From an uncultured Candidatus Saccharibacteria bacterium (GTDB taxonomy: Bacteria; Patescibacteriota; Minisyncoccia; Portnoybacterales; UBA2143), in contig CAZMCO010000001.1 of assembly GCA_964565215.1 (NCBI GenBank), positions 2,025-66,024 on the forward strand: 64,000 nucleotides of DNA, given 5' to 3'. Below, in pieces: positions 17,861 to 28,380 of this stretch. The translations under genes and the position numbers were made by a program. Each line of letters starts with the position of its first letter. Position 1 is the stretch's first letter. The notes beneath the pieces are model-generated. The model was not told where the DNA came from and did no database searches. It worked only from the letters and a program-made list of their open reading frames with translations.

Positions 17861-19183
17861 ATGAAGCTGCATTTTTATGGCGGGGCCAGATGGGTGACTG
17901 GCGTTAATTATTTATTAGAGACCAAACAAGCCAAGATCTTAATTGATTGTGGCTTGTTTCAAGGTGGTCGGGATGCTCGTAAAATGAACCGACAGAAATT
18001 TCCCTATCAGCCGAGTCAAATTGAAGCAGTTTTGATTACCCACTCTCATATTGACCATATTGGTCGGTTACCTCGTTTAGTTAAAGAAGGATTTAGAGGT
18101 AAAATTCTGGCTACTCGACCAACCAAGGATTTTACCCAAGCAATGCTTTTTGACGCTGAAAAAATTGGTGAATCTATTTACAGTAAATCAGATGTAGAAA
18201 AAACCTTGGAACTTTTTCAAGGGATAGATTATGGTAAAAAGATTAAATTAAATGAGGAAATTTCTTTTTGTTTTCGAGAGGCCGGTCATATTTTAGGTTC
18301 AGCTATTATTGAGATTTGGGCTGAGGGTCAAAAGATAGTTTTTTCAGGAGACTTAGGTAATCCGCCAGTGCCTCTTTTACGGCCGACTGAATTTATCCAA
18401 GAAGCAGATTATGTAGTAGTTGAGTCAACTTACGGCGACCGTCTTCACGAGACCAAAGAACAACGAAAAGATTTATTAGAGGATGTTATTGAAGATACAG
18501 TTACTCAAGGAGGTACTCTGCTTATTCCTAGTTTTGCTTTAGAAAGAACCCAAGAAGTTCTTTATGAATTGAATGAATTAATAGAGAATCATCGGATTCC
18601 CCGAATACCTATTTTTGTTGATAGCCCATTAGCCATTAAATTGACTAAAATTTATCAGAAATACCATGATTATTTTAACCAAAAAGCAGTTTATTTGATT
18701 AAGTCAGGTGATGACCTTTTTAAATTTCCTGGTCTAAAAATGACCCAGACAGTTGAAGAGTCTAAAAAAATTAAACAAGTCAATCCGCCCAAGATTATTA
18801 TTGCTGGTTCAGGTATGTCTACTGGCGGTCGGATTTTACATCATCATAAACAATATTTGGCTGATCCTAAAAATACACTTTTAATTATCTGTTATCAGGT
18901 GCCAGGTACTCTTGGCCGGAAAATTTTATCTGGAGTTAAAACCGTCAAAATACTTGGTCAAGAGATTCCAAATAAAATACAAGTTAGAGCCATCGGTGGT
19001 TATTCAGCTCACGCTGACCAGGAAATGCTTTGTCTTTGGGTTAAACCAATGAAAGATACCCTTAAAAAAGTTTTTGTCGTTCAAGGCGAAGAAAAATCAG
19101 CTTTGGCCTTAGTTCAACATATTAAAGACCATTTAGGTCTGCCAGCTGAGGCGCCGGAAATGAACCAAGTGGTTGAATTATAA
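17861..19183 (+). CDS. Beta-CASP metallo-beta-lactamase ribonuclease
   Basis: THSHIDH, AGHILGS, SGDLG, ESTYG, SAHAD. Confidence 0.92.
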   Translation: MKLHFYGGARWVTGVNYLLETKQAKILIDCGLFQGGRDARKMNRQKFPYQPSQIEAVLITHSHIDHIGRLPRLVKEGFRGKILATRPTKDFTQAMLFDAEKIGESIYSKSDVEKTLELFQGIDYGKKIKLNEEISFCFREAGHILGSAIIEIWAEGQKIVFSGDLGNPPVPLLRPTEFIQEADYVVVESTYGDRLHETKEQRKDLLEDVIEDTVTQGGTLLIPSFALERTQEVLYELNELIENHRIPRIPIFVDSPLAIKLTKIYQKYHDYFNQKAVYLIKSGDDLFKFPGLKMTQTVEESKKIKQVNPPKIIIAGSGMSTGGRILHHHKQYLADPKNTLLIICYQVPGTLGRKILSGVKTVKILGQEIPNKIQVRAIGGYSAHADQEMLCLWVKPMKDTLKKVFVVQGEEKSALALVQHIKDHLGLPAEAPEMNQVVEL

Positions 19184-19221
19184 TTTTGACAAAAGCCGGA
19201 AAAAATAGTAAGCTAAAGTAA

Positions 19222-19785
19222 ATGGAAAAGAAAACCTATTTGAAATACAAAATTTGTGTTTCTGGAGCAGCTGCGACCAGTCATTGTCCTAAAGGAGCTT
19301 TAGAATTAGCTAAGGAAATTGGTCGTCAAATTGTCAAACATAATGGTATTTTAGTTACTGGAGCGACTACTGGTATTCCTTATTGGGCCGCTATCGGAGC
19401 TAAAGAAGAAAAAGGGATAGTTATTGGACTTTCGCCAGCGGCTTCGGAAAAGTCCCATCTTAGGAAATATCGTCTACCAGCTGATTTCCATGACTTAATT
19501 ATTTATACTGGATTTGAGTATGCTGGCCGCAATTTGCTTTTAACTCGTTCTTCGGATGCGGTCATCATTATCTGTGGTCGGATGGGCACTTTAAATGAAT
19601 TTAGTATTGCCTTTGAAGATAAGAAGCCAATTGGCATTTTGATTGGCAGTGGTGGGACAGCTGATATGGTTAAAGGGATTGTTGAAAGCTCCCATCGGGG
19701 GCCTGGTAAAATTATTTACGAGGCTGATCCTAAAAAATTGGTTGAGAAATTAATTAAATTGATTGACCAGGAAAAAAGGAGGTGA
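19222..19785 (+). CDS. LOG/SLOG family protein (TIGR00725-like)
   Basis: LVTGATTG, GRNLLL, GTLNE, GSGGTAD. Confidence 0.8.
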   Translation: MEKKTYLKYKICVSGAAATSHCPKGALELAKEIGRQIVKHNGILVTGATTGIPYWAAIGAKEEKGIVIGLSPAASEKSHLRKYRLPADFHDLIIYTGFEYAGRNLLLTRSSDAVIIICGRMGTLNEFSIAFEDKKPIGILIGSGGTADMVKGIVESSHRGPGKIIYEADPKKLVEKLIKLIDQEKRR

Positions 19786-19790
19786 ACTAT

Positions 19791-20033
19791 GTGGGCATTG
19801 AAGTTAAAAAAAGAGAGCGAGAAAATCCTCGCAGTTTATTAAGACGCTTTAGCCGAAGAATTCAACAAAGCGGCATTTTAATTCGGGCTCGTAAAGCCAG
19901 ATTTCGCGAAAGAGAAAAGACCAAAAGAGAACGTCGAGATAGTGCCCTAAGACGAGTCCGCATTAGCCGAGAGAAAGAAAAATTAAGAAAAATGGGACTT
20001 TTAGAAGAAGAACCAAAATGGAAGAGAAGATAA
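19791..20033 (+). CDS. rpsU: 30S ribosomal protein bS21
   Basis: EN..SLLRRFSRRIQQSG, very basic, upstream of yqeY; GTG start after AGGAGGTGA (alternative start 19782). Confidence 0.75.
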   Translation: MGIEVKKRERENPRSLLRRFSRRIQQSGILIRARKARFREREKTKRERRDSALRRVRISREKEKLRKMGLLEEEPKWKRR

Positions 20034-20040
20034 TATAAAA

Positions 20041-20535
20041 ATGTCTCTTAAAGAAAGAATTCAAGCAGATATTAAAAAAGCCATGCCAGAAAAAGACCAA
20101 TTAAAGGTCTCTGTTTTGCGTATGCTGATGGCGGCTGTTTTTAATAAAGAAAAGGAGAAAAGAGCCAGGTTGAGCAAAAATGAAGAGATAGAAAAATTAG
20201 ATGAATTAAGTAAATTAACTGATGAAGAAATTATTGAGGTGATTTCTAGTGAAAGTAAAAAACGCCAGGACTCTATTGAACAATACGAGAAAGGCAATCG
20301 TCAGGACTTGGCTGACCAAGAGAAAAAAGAATTGGAAATTTTAATGAAATATTTGCCTGAACAAATGGCTGAGGAAGAAATTAGAAAATTAGTTAAAGAA
20401 AAGGTTGAAGAATTAGGGGCCAGTGGTTCTAAAGATATTGGTAAAGTCATGGGCGCCTTAATGCCTCAACTAAAAGGCAAAGCCGACGGAACTGCGGTTA
20501 ATAAAATTGTTCAGGAAGAATTGAAGAAAGAATGA
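20041..20535 (+). CDS. GatB/YqeY domain protein
   Basis: KKRQDSIEQYEKGNRQDL, YLP, GKVMGALM..LKGKADG. Confidence 0.92.
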   Translation: MSLKERIQADIKKAMPEKDQLKVSVLRMLMAAVFNKEKEKRARLSKNEEIEKLDELSKLTDEEIIEVISSESKKRQDSIEQYEKGNRQDLADQEKKELEILMKYLPEQMAEEEIRKLVKEKVEELGASGSKDIGKVMGALMPQLKGKADGTAVNKIVQEELKKE

Positions 20536-21029
20536 CCTTAGAGATTCATAATTTTACCCAGAATAAGATAAATGAGAAATTTTTTCAGAAAGTGGCGGAA
20601 ACTGTTTTGAAAATAGTTGGCCTAAAAGACAAAATAGAAATTAGTTTGGCTATTGTTGGTGATGGCCGGATGAGAAAATTAAATAAAATGTATCGAGGCA
20701 GAAATCGAGTGACTGACGTTTTAGCTTTTGCCAATAAGTCAGTTATTCCCTATTTAGCCAAGGCCTTTCCTCGTTTAAAAAAGGGGAAAGACATTGAATT
20801 TATTGAACCACTAGACAATGTCAAACGATTGGGTGAAGTGATTATTTGCTATCCGCGAGCCAAGAAACAGGCTAAACGATTAAAACATTCTTTAGGAAAA
20901 GAATTGACCATTTTATTAATTCATGGGATACTTCATTTATTGGGATACGAAGACGAGAAAAGCGAGAAGCAGGCAAAGGAGATGAGAGAGATGGAGAATA
21001 AAATATTAAAAAAAGTGAATTATGGCTAA
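20532..21029 (+). CDS. ybeY: rRNA maturation endonuclease YbeY
   Basis: LN..YR...TDVLAF, LGEVII, HGILHLLGY. Confidence 0.92.
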   Translation: MTLEIHNFTQNKINEKFFQKVAETVLKIVGLKDKIEISLAIVGDGRMRKLNKMYRGRNRVTDVLAFANKSVIPYLAKAFPRLKKGKDIEFIEPLDNVKRLGEVIICYPRAKKQAKRLKHSLGKELTILLIHGILHLLGYEDEKSEKQAKEMREMENKILKKVNYG

Positions 21030-22263
21030 AGAAAGCATTATTGTTGGTTTAGATATTGGCAGTTGTTTTATTCGGACAGTGGTGGCCAAAATAAAGGCTG
21101 ATCAAACAAAGCCCCAGATTATTGGAGTTGGTCAAGTTCCTTCTTTCGGCTTACGTCGAGGAGTAGTCGTTGATATTGAAGAAGCGATTAAAAATATTAG
21201 TCAATCAATTCAAGAAGCTGAACGAAATAGTGGCTTATCTATTAACCGGGCTCATATTAGTTTAGGCGGTAATCATATTACCTCTAGGACGAGTAAGGGG
21301 GTAGTGGCTGTCTCACGGGCTGATGGCGAGATTGCTAAAGAGGATGTAGAACGGGCCATTAATGCTGCTTCAGCTATTTCTCTTTCGCCTAATAGAGAAA
21401 TTCTTCACATTATTCCTCGGTGTTTTATGGTTGACGATCAAGCTGGCATTAAAGAACCGGTTGGTATGAATGGGGTTAGATTAGAAGTAGACGCTTTAAT
21501 TATTGAAGGAGCCACCCCTTTTATTAAAAATTTAACCAAATGTATTTCTGAAGTTGGTTTAGAAGTAGAAGGATTAGTTTTAACTCCTTTGGCGGCTAGT
21601 CGAGCTGCCTTAACTAAACGCCAGAAAGAATTAGGCGTTTTGGCTTTAGATTTAGGTGGCGGCACTGTGGGCTTGACAGTTTTTGAAGAAGGCGATATCA
21701 TTCATAGTTGTATTTTACCTATTGGTTCTTCTCATATTACTAGTGATATTGCTATTGGCTTAAGGAGTACTATTGACTTAGCTGAAAAAGTTAAGTTGGA
21801 ATACGGTTCAGCTTTAGTTTCTGAAATTAGTAAAAAGGATACTATTGATTTATCTAAACTAGGCATAGAAGAAAAGGGAATTATTCCTCGAGTTCAGGTA
21901 GCCGAGATAATTGAAGCTCGGCTAAGTGAAACTTTTGAGTTAGTTGACAAAGAATTAAAAAAGATTAATCGACAAGGTCTGTTGCCGGCTGGGGTAGTTC
22001 TTTTAGGCGGTGGGGCCAAGATACCTAGTTTGGTTGACTTAGCTAAAGAAGAATTAAGACTGCCGGCTCAAGTAGGTTTCCCTTTAGAATTAGAGGGGAT
22101 TGTTGATGAGGTTGATGATCCAGCTTTTGCCACAGCTGTTGGATTGCTTTTTTGGGGTATAGACGAACGAGTTAAAAGTAACGGTCGTATTTCCTTGCCT
22201 CCAATTCCTATTGCTTCAACCGTTAACAAGATTAAAGGTTGGTTACGAGGTTTTTTGCCTTAG
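21022..22263 (+). CDS. ftsA: Cell division protein FtsA
   Basis: GLDIGS, DLGGGT, AEKVK, C-terminal amphipathic helix. Confidence 0.95.
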   Translation: MAKESIIVGLDIGSCFIRTVVAKIKADQTKPQIIGVGQVPSFGLRRGVVVDIEEAIKNISQSIQEAERNSGLSINRAHISLGGNHITSRTSKGVVAVSRADGEIAKEDVERAINAASAISLSPNREILHIIPRCFMVDDQAGIKEPVGMNGVRLEVDALIIEGATPFIKNLTKCISEVGLEVEGLVLTPLAASRAALTKRQKELGVLALDLGGGTVGLTVFEEGDIIHSCILPIGSSHITSDIAIGLRSTIDLAEKVKLEYGSALVSEISKKDTIDLSKLGIEEKGIIPRVQVAEIIEARLSETFELVDKELKKINRQGLLPAGVVLLGGGAKIPSLVDLAKEELRLPAQVGFPLELEGIVDEVDDPAFATAVGLLFWGIDERVKSNGRISLPPIPIASTVNKIKGWLRGFLP

Positions 22264-22334
22264 GGCTTGCATTATTTTATTAATTGTGTTAGTTTTATAA
22301 AATGAGGAGGGTTAATAATCTCCTCATTATAAAT

Positions 22335-23453
22335 ATGGCTCAGATAAAACCAGATGTAGAAATGTTTGCCAAAATTAAAGTGGTCGGCGTTGGCGGAAGC
22401 GGAGGGAATGCTATTTCTAGAATGATGGCCTGTAAAATTCACGGAGTAGATTTTGTTTCCATCAATACTGACGCTCAAGATCTACATCATGTTAATTCAT
22501 CAGAAAAACTCCATATCGGTAAAAACCTGACTAAAGGATTAGGCGCTGGTATGAATCCGGAGCTAGGTCGGCAAGCGGCTGAAGAAAACCGCGATGAAAT
22601 TCATCAAGTCGTTAAGGGAGCTGATATGGTTTTTATTACTTATGGTTTAGGCGGCGGCACTGGCACTGGCGCTGGTCCGATTATTGCTGAAGCAGCTAAG
22701 GACTCAGGGGCTTTAACTGTAGCTGTGGTGACTAAACCTTTTTCCTTTGAGGGTCTTCAGCGGATGCGGGTTGCCGATGACGGTTTGATTCAATTAAAGG
22801 ACAAACTTGATACTCTGATTACCATCCCTAATGACAAACTTCTGGCAGTGATTGACCAAAAAACTTCTTTACTAAATGCTTTTTCAGTAGTTGATGATGT
22901 TTTAAGACAAGCTGTTCAAGGTATTTCCGATTTAGTTGTTACTCCAGGAATAGTTAATGTTGATTTCGCTGATGTTAAGACGATTATGGAAGATACTGGT
23001 TCGGCTTTGATGGGAATTGGTCGAGCGACTGGCGAGGACCGGGCCATCGAAGCGGCTAAGGCAGCTATTAATTCGCCTTTACTGGAGATTTCTATTGATG
23101 GGGCTAAGGGCGTTCTCTTTAATGTTAGCGGTGGTTCTGATTTAGCCATGACTGAAATTAATGATGCGGCCAAAGTTATTGTTGAATCAGTTGATTCGGA
23201 AGCCAAGGTTATTTTCGGGGCAGTAGTTGATGATAAATTAAAGAAAGGCGAAATTAAAATCACTGTTATTGCTACTGGTTTTGATGAATCAACGCTCAGA
23301 ACAGCTGGCGAGCAAAAAATTCAAGATATTTCGCCAATAAACCAGATTGAAGAAAAAATTAAAAAGAAAACAACCTTCAAACCTAAAGAAACAACAGAAG
23401 AACCTGAAAGCGAATGGGATATTCCCGCCTTCATCAGAAGGAAGATGAAATAA
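22335..23453 (+). CDS. ftsZ: Cell division protein FtsZ (alternative in-frame start 22302)
   Basis: GGGTGTG tubulin motif, NVDFAD, C-terminal DIPAFIR. Confidence 0.97.
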   Translation: MAQIKPDVEMFAKIKVVGVGGSGGNAISRMMACKIHGVDFVSINTDAQDLHHVNSSEKLHIGKNLTKGLGAGMNPELGRQAAEENRDEIHQVVKGADMVFITYGLGGGTGTGAGPIIAEAAKDSGALTVAVVTKPFSFEGLQRMRVADDGLIQLKDKLDTLITIPNDKLLAVIDQKTSLLNAFSVVDDVLRQAVQGISDLVVTPGIVNVDFADVKTIMEDTGSALMGIGRATGEDRAIEAAKAAINSPLLEISIDGAKGVLFNVSGGSDLAMTEINDAAKVIVESVDSEAKVIFGAVVDDKLKKGEIKITVIATGFDESTLRTAGEQKIQDISPINQIEEKIKKKTTFKPKETTEEPESEWDIPAFIRRKMK

Positions 23454-23469
23454 AATAAGATTATTTTTA

Positions 23470-23495
23470 AAGAGCAGTCATTTGACTGCTTTTTT
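23470..23495 (+). terminator. Terminator after ftsZ overlapping the nrdJ -35 box
   Basis: GCAGTCA-TT-TGACTGC followed by a T run; TTGACT at 23482 is 17 bp from TAAAAT. Confidence 0.65.
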
Positions 23496-23518
23496 GAATT
23501 GGAGTAAAATAAGAAATT

Positions 23519-25714
23519 ATGACTCGAGTAAAACCAAAATTCAAACAAGTTAAAAAAAGAGACGGCCGGATTGTTGATTTTGACCAAAATAGAATTACCA
23601 AAGCTATTTTAGGGACTGGTCAGGCCACTGGAGAATTTAATTTGGAGGTTGCTAAAAAGATATCTGACCAGGTAGTTAAAAACCTAAATGGAGTTTTTGC
23701 TAAAAGGAAAAATATCCCAGGAGTAGAGAATATCCAAGATATTGTAGAAATGACTTTAATGAAAGAGGACTATATTGAATCAGCTAAGGCCTATATTATT
23801 TACCGTAAAGAACATCAAAAAATCAGACAAGAGAAAGAAAGGATTTTAAACGGGAGAAACACGCAACTTCCCTTGAGCTTGAATTCTTTAAAAATTTTAG
23901 CCGGTAGATATTTAAATAAAGATTCTAAAACCAGAGAAGTTATTGAAACTCCAGAGGAAATGTTAACAAGGGTATCTCAAGCCATAGCCAAAGTAGAAAA
24001 GAAATACGGCAAATCTGTTAAAGAAATTAAAAAGTGGCAAGATAAATTTTATCAACTAATGTCTAATTTCGAATTTTTACCAGCTGGCCGGACTTTGTCT
24101 AATGTTGGCACTCCTATTTCGGTCATCTCAAATTGTGTGGTTCTACATATTAAAGATAGTATGGATGATATTTTTGGGACTTTGCGTGATGCCACTCTCT
24201 TACAGCAAGCTGGTTCTGGCGTAGGGTTTCCCTTCCATCTCCTTAGGCCAGCCGGTTCTTTAACAAAGAGGACTCAAGGTGTAGCTTCTGGCCCAATTTC
24301 TTTTTTACAGGTCTATGATAAAGCCTTTGGAGTAATTAAACAGCAAGGGAGACACGGAGCAAATATGGCTGTCATGAGAGTAGACCATCCAGATATCTTA
24401 GATTTTATTCATGCCAAAGATAGAGAAGGCGAACTCTCTAATTTTAATATTTCCATTTCTTTAACAGATAATTTTATGAAAAAAGTAAAAGATAATTCTG
24501 AAGAACCATGGATTTGTCAATTTAATGGTAAGAAGATGCTGCCCAGAAGAATAATTAGAAATAAATATGGACATGTTTCTCAAATTCAAGATATTAAAAT
24601 TACTCCTGGAGAAGTTATGTCTGAAATTGCTAATAATGCTTGGATTAATGGAGAACCGGGAATAATCTTTATTGACCAAGTTAATAAGACTAATCCCTTG
24701 CCGGACTTAGGAAGAATTGAAGCATCTAATCCATGCGGCGAACAGTTTTTGCATGACGGAGATGTTTGCAACCTCGGCTCGGTAAATTTAGACAAATTTG
24801 TTGAAGATAAAAAAATTAAGTGGACCAGATTAAAAGAAGTAGTCGAACTGGCTACTCGGATGCTGGACAATGTTGTAGATCTTACTGAATTTTCTATAGA
24901 AAGAACAAATAATATGTTTAGGGAAAATAGAAGAATCGGTATAGGGATAATGGGCTTTGCTGATTTTCTTTTTCAATTAGAAATTCCCTATAATTCAGAA
25001 GAGGGATTTAAAATTGCCGAAGAAGTAATGAAGTTTATAAACGATACGGCTCATGCTACTTCTCAACAATTAGCTAAAGAGAAAGGAGTGTTTCCTAACT
25101 ATGGATTAAGCATCTGGAAAAAGAAAAAAATTAAAATGCGAAACGCGGCCCTTACCTGTATTGCTCCCACTGGGACTATCTCTATGATTCCAGAAGTTTC
25201 TTCTGGGGTGGAGCCTTATTTTGCTTTAGCTTACACTAAGCAGCAGATAATGGGAGAAGAGGAATTTTATTATGTCAATCATTATTTAGAAAAGAAACTT
25301 AGAGAGAAAGGATTATATTCCCCCAAAATAATTGATAAGATTTATAAAGCCGGCAGTATCCAAAATATAGAAGAGATCCCCAAAAATATTAGAAAAATTT
25401 TTGTCGGTTCAATGGATATTACTCCAAAAGATCACATTAAAATGGAAGTCGCTTTTCAGAAACATTTAGATAATAGTATTTCTAAAACTATTAATCTTCC
25501 TAATCAGACGACCAGATTTGATGTAGAAAAAGTAATTCAATTGGCTTGGCAATCAAAATGTAAAGCATTTACTGTTTACCGCAGTGGTTCCAGAGAAAAA
25601 GAAGTATTGACTACTAAGGGAAAAGAAATATCAAGCGATAATTGTCCTAATTGCGATTCTAAGCAAGAGAAAATTACTCCTCCTTCCTCTCTTTTAGGGG
25701 ATTCTACTAAATAG
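23519..25714 (+). CDS. nrdJ: Class II (adenosylcobalamin-dependent) ribonucleotide reductase with ATP cone
   Basis: VKKRDG ATP cone, SNC, NPCGE, CNLGS, APTGT, C-terminal CPNC; adjacent cobO and no beta subunit. Confidence 0.88.
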   Translation: MTRVKPKFKQVKKRDGRIVDFDQNRITKAILGTGQATGEFNLEVAKKISDQVVKNLNGVFAKRKNIPGVENIQDIVEMTLMKEDYIESAKAYIIYRKEHQKIRQEKERILNGRNTQLPLSLNSLKILAGRYLNKDSKTREVIETPEEMLTRVSQAIAKVEKKYGKSVKEIKKWQDKFYQLMSNFEFLPAGRTLSNVGTPISVISNCVVLHIKDSMDDIFGTLRDATLLQQAGSGVGFPFHLLRPAGSLTKRTQGVASGPISFLQVYDKAFGVIKQQGRHGANMAVMRVDHPDILDFIHAKDREGELSNFNISISLTDNFMKKVKDNSEEPWICQFNGKKMLPRRIIRNKYGHVSQIQDIKITPGEVMSEIANNAWINGEPGIIFIDQVNKTNPLPDLGRIEASNPCGEQFLHDGDVCNLGSVNLDKFVEDKKIKWTRLKEVVELATRMLDNVVDLTEFSIERTNNMFRENRRIGIGIMGFADFLFQLEIPYNSEEGFKIAEEVMKFINDTAHATSQQLAKEKGVFPNYGLSIWKKKKIKMRNAALTCIAPTGTISMIPEVSSGVEPYFALAYTKQQIMGEEEFYYVNHYLEKKLREKGLYSPKIIDKIYKAGSIQNIEEIPKNIRKIFVGSMDITPKDHIKMEVAFQKHLDNSISKTINLPNQTTRFDVEKVIQLAWQSKCKAFTVYRSGSREKEVLTTKGKEISSDNCPNCDSKQEKITPPSSLLGDSTK

Positions 25715-25715
25715 T

Positions 25716-26225
25716 ATGATTCAGGTTTATACTGGCAATGGCAAAGGGAAAACAACCGCCAGCTTAGGTTTGGCCTTACGAGCTGTTGGGGCGGGAAAAA
25801 AAGTTTTACTAATTCAGTTTTTGAAAGAAGGTCAAAGTTCAGAGATAAAAGCCATTAAAAAATATTTGCCTAATTTTGAGGTAAAAATTTTTGGTCAAAA
25901 AGGATTTTTAACCAAAGAAAAATTAAAGAAAAAAGATTTTAACCTTGCCCAGCAGGGTTTTGATTTTGCTCAGAAAGCTATTCAAACTAAAGCATATGAT
26001 TTAATTATTTTAGATGAAGTAAATGTAGCAGTTAGCTTAGGTCTGTTAAGAAGCGAGGAATTAATGAAACTTATTAAGCTAACTCCTTCAAAGATAGAAC
26101 TAATTTTAACTGGCCGTTCAGTCCCCAAAAGAATCATTCAAGTAGCTGATTTAGTCAGCCAGATAAAAGAAGTTAAACATTATTTCAAAAAGGGCCTCAA
26201 GGCTAGAAAAGGAATTGAGTATTAG
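25716..26225 (+). CDS. cobO: Cob(I)alamin adenosyltransferase CobO/BtuR
   Basis: YTGNGKGKTTA, QFLK, ILDE, LTGR, ARKGIEY. Confidence 0.93.
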   Translation: MIQVYTGNGKGKTTASLGLALRAVGAGKKVLLIQFLKEGQSSEIKAIKKYLPNFEVKIFGQKGFLTKEKLKKKDFNLAQQGFDFAQKAIQTKAYDLIILDEVNVAVSLGLLRSEELMKLIKLTPSKIELILTGRSVPKRIIQVADLVSQIKEVKHYFKKGLKARKGIEY

Positions 26226-26230
26226 ATATA

Positions 26231-27541
26231 ATGACCAAGTCCAAGATTCTTCTTTGTTTTTGCCTGCTATTTATCATTGGTCTTATTATTTATTCTTTGG
26301 TTGAGAATCATCAACCATTTTTATTTGAACAAACGGACGAAAAGGTTATTTTAGAAGGGATAATAGTTAATGAGCCAGAGCAGAGAATTAACCAACAGAA
26401 ATTTGAATTTAAGACCAAAGAAATCCCGGGGAAAATTTTAGTCACCACTGAACTTTATCCCCAATATGATTATGGAGATAAATTAAAGATTAATGGAAAA
26501 TTAAGAGAACCATCCCAGTTTGAGGATTTTGATTATCGCCAATATTTAGCTAAAGATAATATTTATTCAGTAATTTATTCTCCCAAAGTTACCTTACTGG
26601 CTAAAAATCAAGCTAATTGGTTTTATCAAAGAATTTTTAATTTTAAAAATAAGTTAAGAAAAGTTATTGATAAAACACTCTTACCGCCTCAAAGCAGTAT
26701 TCTTAAAGCCATTTTCTTAGGCGATAAATGGGGACTTTCTAATAACTTAAAAGAAAAACTAAATATCACTGGCACCCGGCACATTGTCGCTATTTCTGGT
26801 ATGCATATGATTATTATGTCCCAAATTCTTCTTTTTCTGGCCTTAGCCATGGGTCTTTGGCGGGGTCAAGCTTTCTATTTTGTCCTTATTCTCTTAGTGA
26901 TTTATATTGTTATGATTGGCGCTCCCGCCTCGGCCGTCAGGGCTGGTCTGATGGCTGGCTTGCTTTTATTAGCTCAAAAAATCGGCCGCTTGCGCAGCGC
27001 TGACCGAGCGGTTGTTTTTGCCGCTACGGCTATGCTGGCGATTAATCCATCTCTTCTAAAAGCCGATGTTGGTTTTCAATTATCTTTTATGGCCACTCTA
27101 AGTATTATTTATCTCAAACCAATTTTAGATAAGAAAATTATTAAATGGCCAAATCCCTGGCGCTTAAAAGATATTTTAACCATGACTTTGGCGGCTCAAT
27201 TAGGTACTTTGCCGATTTTAATTTTCCATTTTGGCCGACTCTCCTTAATTTCGCCTTTAGCTAATTTGCTAATTGTTCCATTTTTGCCAGTGATAATGAT
27301 ATCTGGAATCATTTTGAGTTTTACTGGCTTAATTTGGCTGTCTTTAGCAAAAATCCTGGCCTGGCCAGTTTGGTTTTTATTAAGTTATCTGGTCAAGGTA
27401 ACAGATTATTTATCTTCTTTGCCTCTGGCCGCTTACGAATTTAAAAATATTTCCTTGATAGTTTTAATAATTTATTATTTGTTTTTATTCTTAGTTATTC
27501 TTAAATGCTCAAAAACAAAAAACTTACTTATTCAACCTTAG
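26231..27541 (+). CDS. comEC: ComEC/Rec2 competence channel (OB + membrane domain)
   Basis: HIVAISGMH, SAVRA, GFQLSF, ANLL. Confidence 0.92.
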   Translation: MTKSKILLCFCLLFIIGLIIYSLVENHQPFLFEQTDEKVILEGIIVNEPEQRINQQKFEFKTKEIPGKILVTTELYPQYDYGDKLKINGKLREPSQFEDFDYRQYLAKDNIYSVIYSPKVTLLAKNQANWFYQRIFNFKNKLRKVIDKTLLPPQSSILKAIFLGDKWGLSNNLKEKLNITGTRHIVAISGMHMIIMSQILLFLALAMGLWRGQAFYFVLILLVIYIVMIGAPASAVRAGLMAGLLLLAQKIGRLRSADRAVVFAATAMLAINPSLLKADVGFQLSFMATLSIIYLKPILDKKIIKWPNPWRLKDILTMTLAAQLGTLPILIFHFGRLSLISPLANLLIVPFLPVIMISGIILSFTGLIWLSLAKILAWPVWFLLSYLVKVTDYLSSLPLAAYEFKNISLIVLIIYYLFLFLVILKCSKTKNLLIQP

Positions 27542-28380
27542 GGCTGTTGTTTGTTGCCGCTATCCTTATCTGGTCAGCTGTTTTTTCACAAGCCCAAGAC
27601 AATATTTTAGAGGTGACTTTTTTCAATGTGGGACAAGGCGATAGTATTTTTATTGAAACACCGCAAGGACGACAAGTTTTAATTGACGGCGGGCCAGATA
27701 AAACTGTTTTAGAAAAATTAAGTCAGACAATGCCTTTTTATGATAGAACTATTGATTTACTTATTTTAACCCATCCTGATGCTGACCATATTACTGGTTT
27801 AGTGGAGGTGCTTAAGTATTACCAAGTTAGTCATATTTTAACCAGTGGCATTAAGAAAGATACGGTTGTCTATCAAAAATGGCGAGATTTAATTCAACAA
27901 AAGAGTATCCCGTTAACCATAGCTCAAGCCGGTCAGAAAATTATCCTGCAAGAGGATGTAGTTATGAAAATTTTCTGGCCGGAGCAATCGCTGATTAAAT
28001 CCTTTAGTAAAAATACTAATAATGTTTCCATAGTTGGCCAATTAGTTTACGGACAATCAGAATTTCTTTTGACTGGCGATATTGAAAAAGAAGTTGAACA
28101 GTATCTTGTTAGACCCTTAAGGTCTAACAGTTTGCAGTCAGATGTTTTAAAAATACCTCATCATGGCAGTAAAACCTCCGCTAGTCAAAATTTTCTCAAA
28201 GCAGTTAATCCGCAAATAGCAATCATTTCCGTTGGCCTTAATAATCGTTATAAACATCCTCATGCCGAAGTTTTAGAAAGATTAAAAAATTATATAATTT
28301 ATCGAACCGATAAAAATGGTGATATTAAGGTATTTACTAATGGTAATTTTTTTAATATAATTACAGAATATGAATCATAA
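27505..28380 (+). CDS. ComEC-type metallo-beta-lactamase nuclease (split C-terminal domain)
   Basis: NVGQGD, IDGG, THPDADH, LTGD, HHGS, YKHPH. Confidence 0.9.
   Translation: MLKNKKLTYSTLGLLFVAAILIWSAVFSQAQDNILEVTFFNVGQGDSIFIETPQGRQVLIDGGPDKTVLEKLSQTMPFYDRTIDLLILTHPDADHITGLVEVLKYYQVSHILTSGIKKDTVVYQKWRDLIQQKSIPLTIAQAGQKIILQEDVVMKIFWPEQSLIKSFSKNTNNVSIVGQLVYGQSEFLLTGDIEKEVEQYLVRPLRSNSLQSDVLKIPHHGSKTSASQNFLKAVNPQIAIISVGLNNRYKHPHAEVLERLKNYIIYRTDKNGDIKVFTNGNFFNIITEYES

Noticed and set aside
23454-23518. Cobalamin riboswitch upstream of nrdJ
   Set aside because: The 65-bp gap is fully explained by a terminator and promoter and is too short
23519-25714. Intein or intron in nrdJ (also checked gyrA, recG and tRNAs)
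   Set aside because: Lengths are normal, with no splice motifs or interruptions
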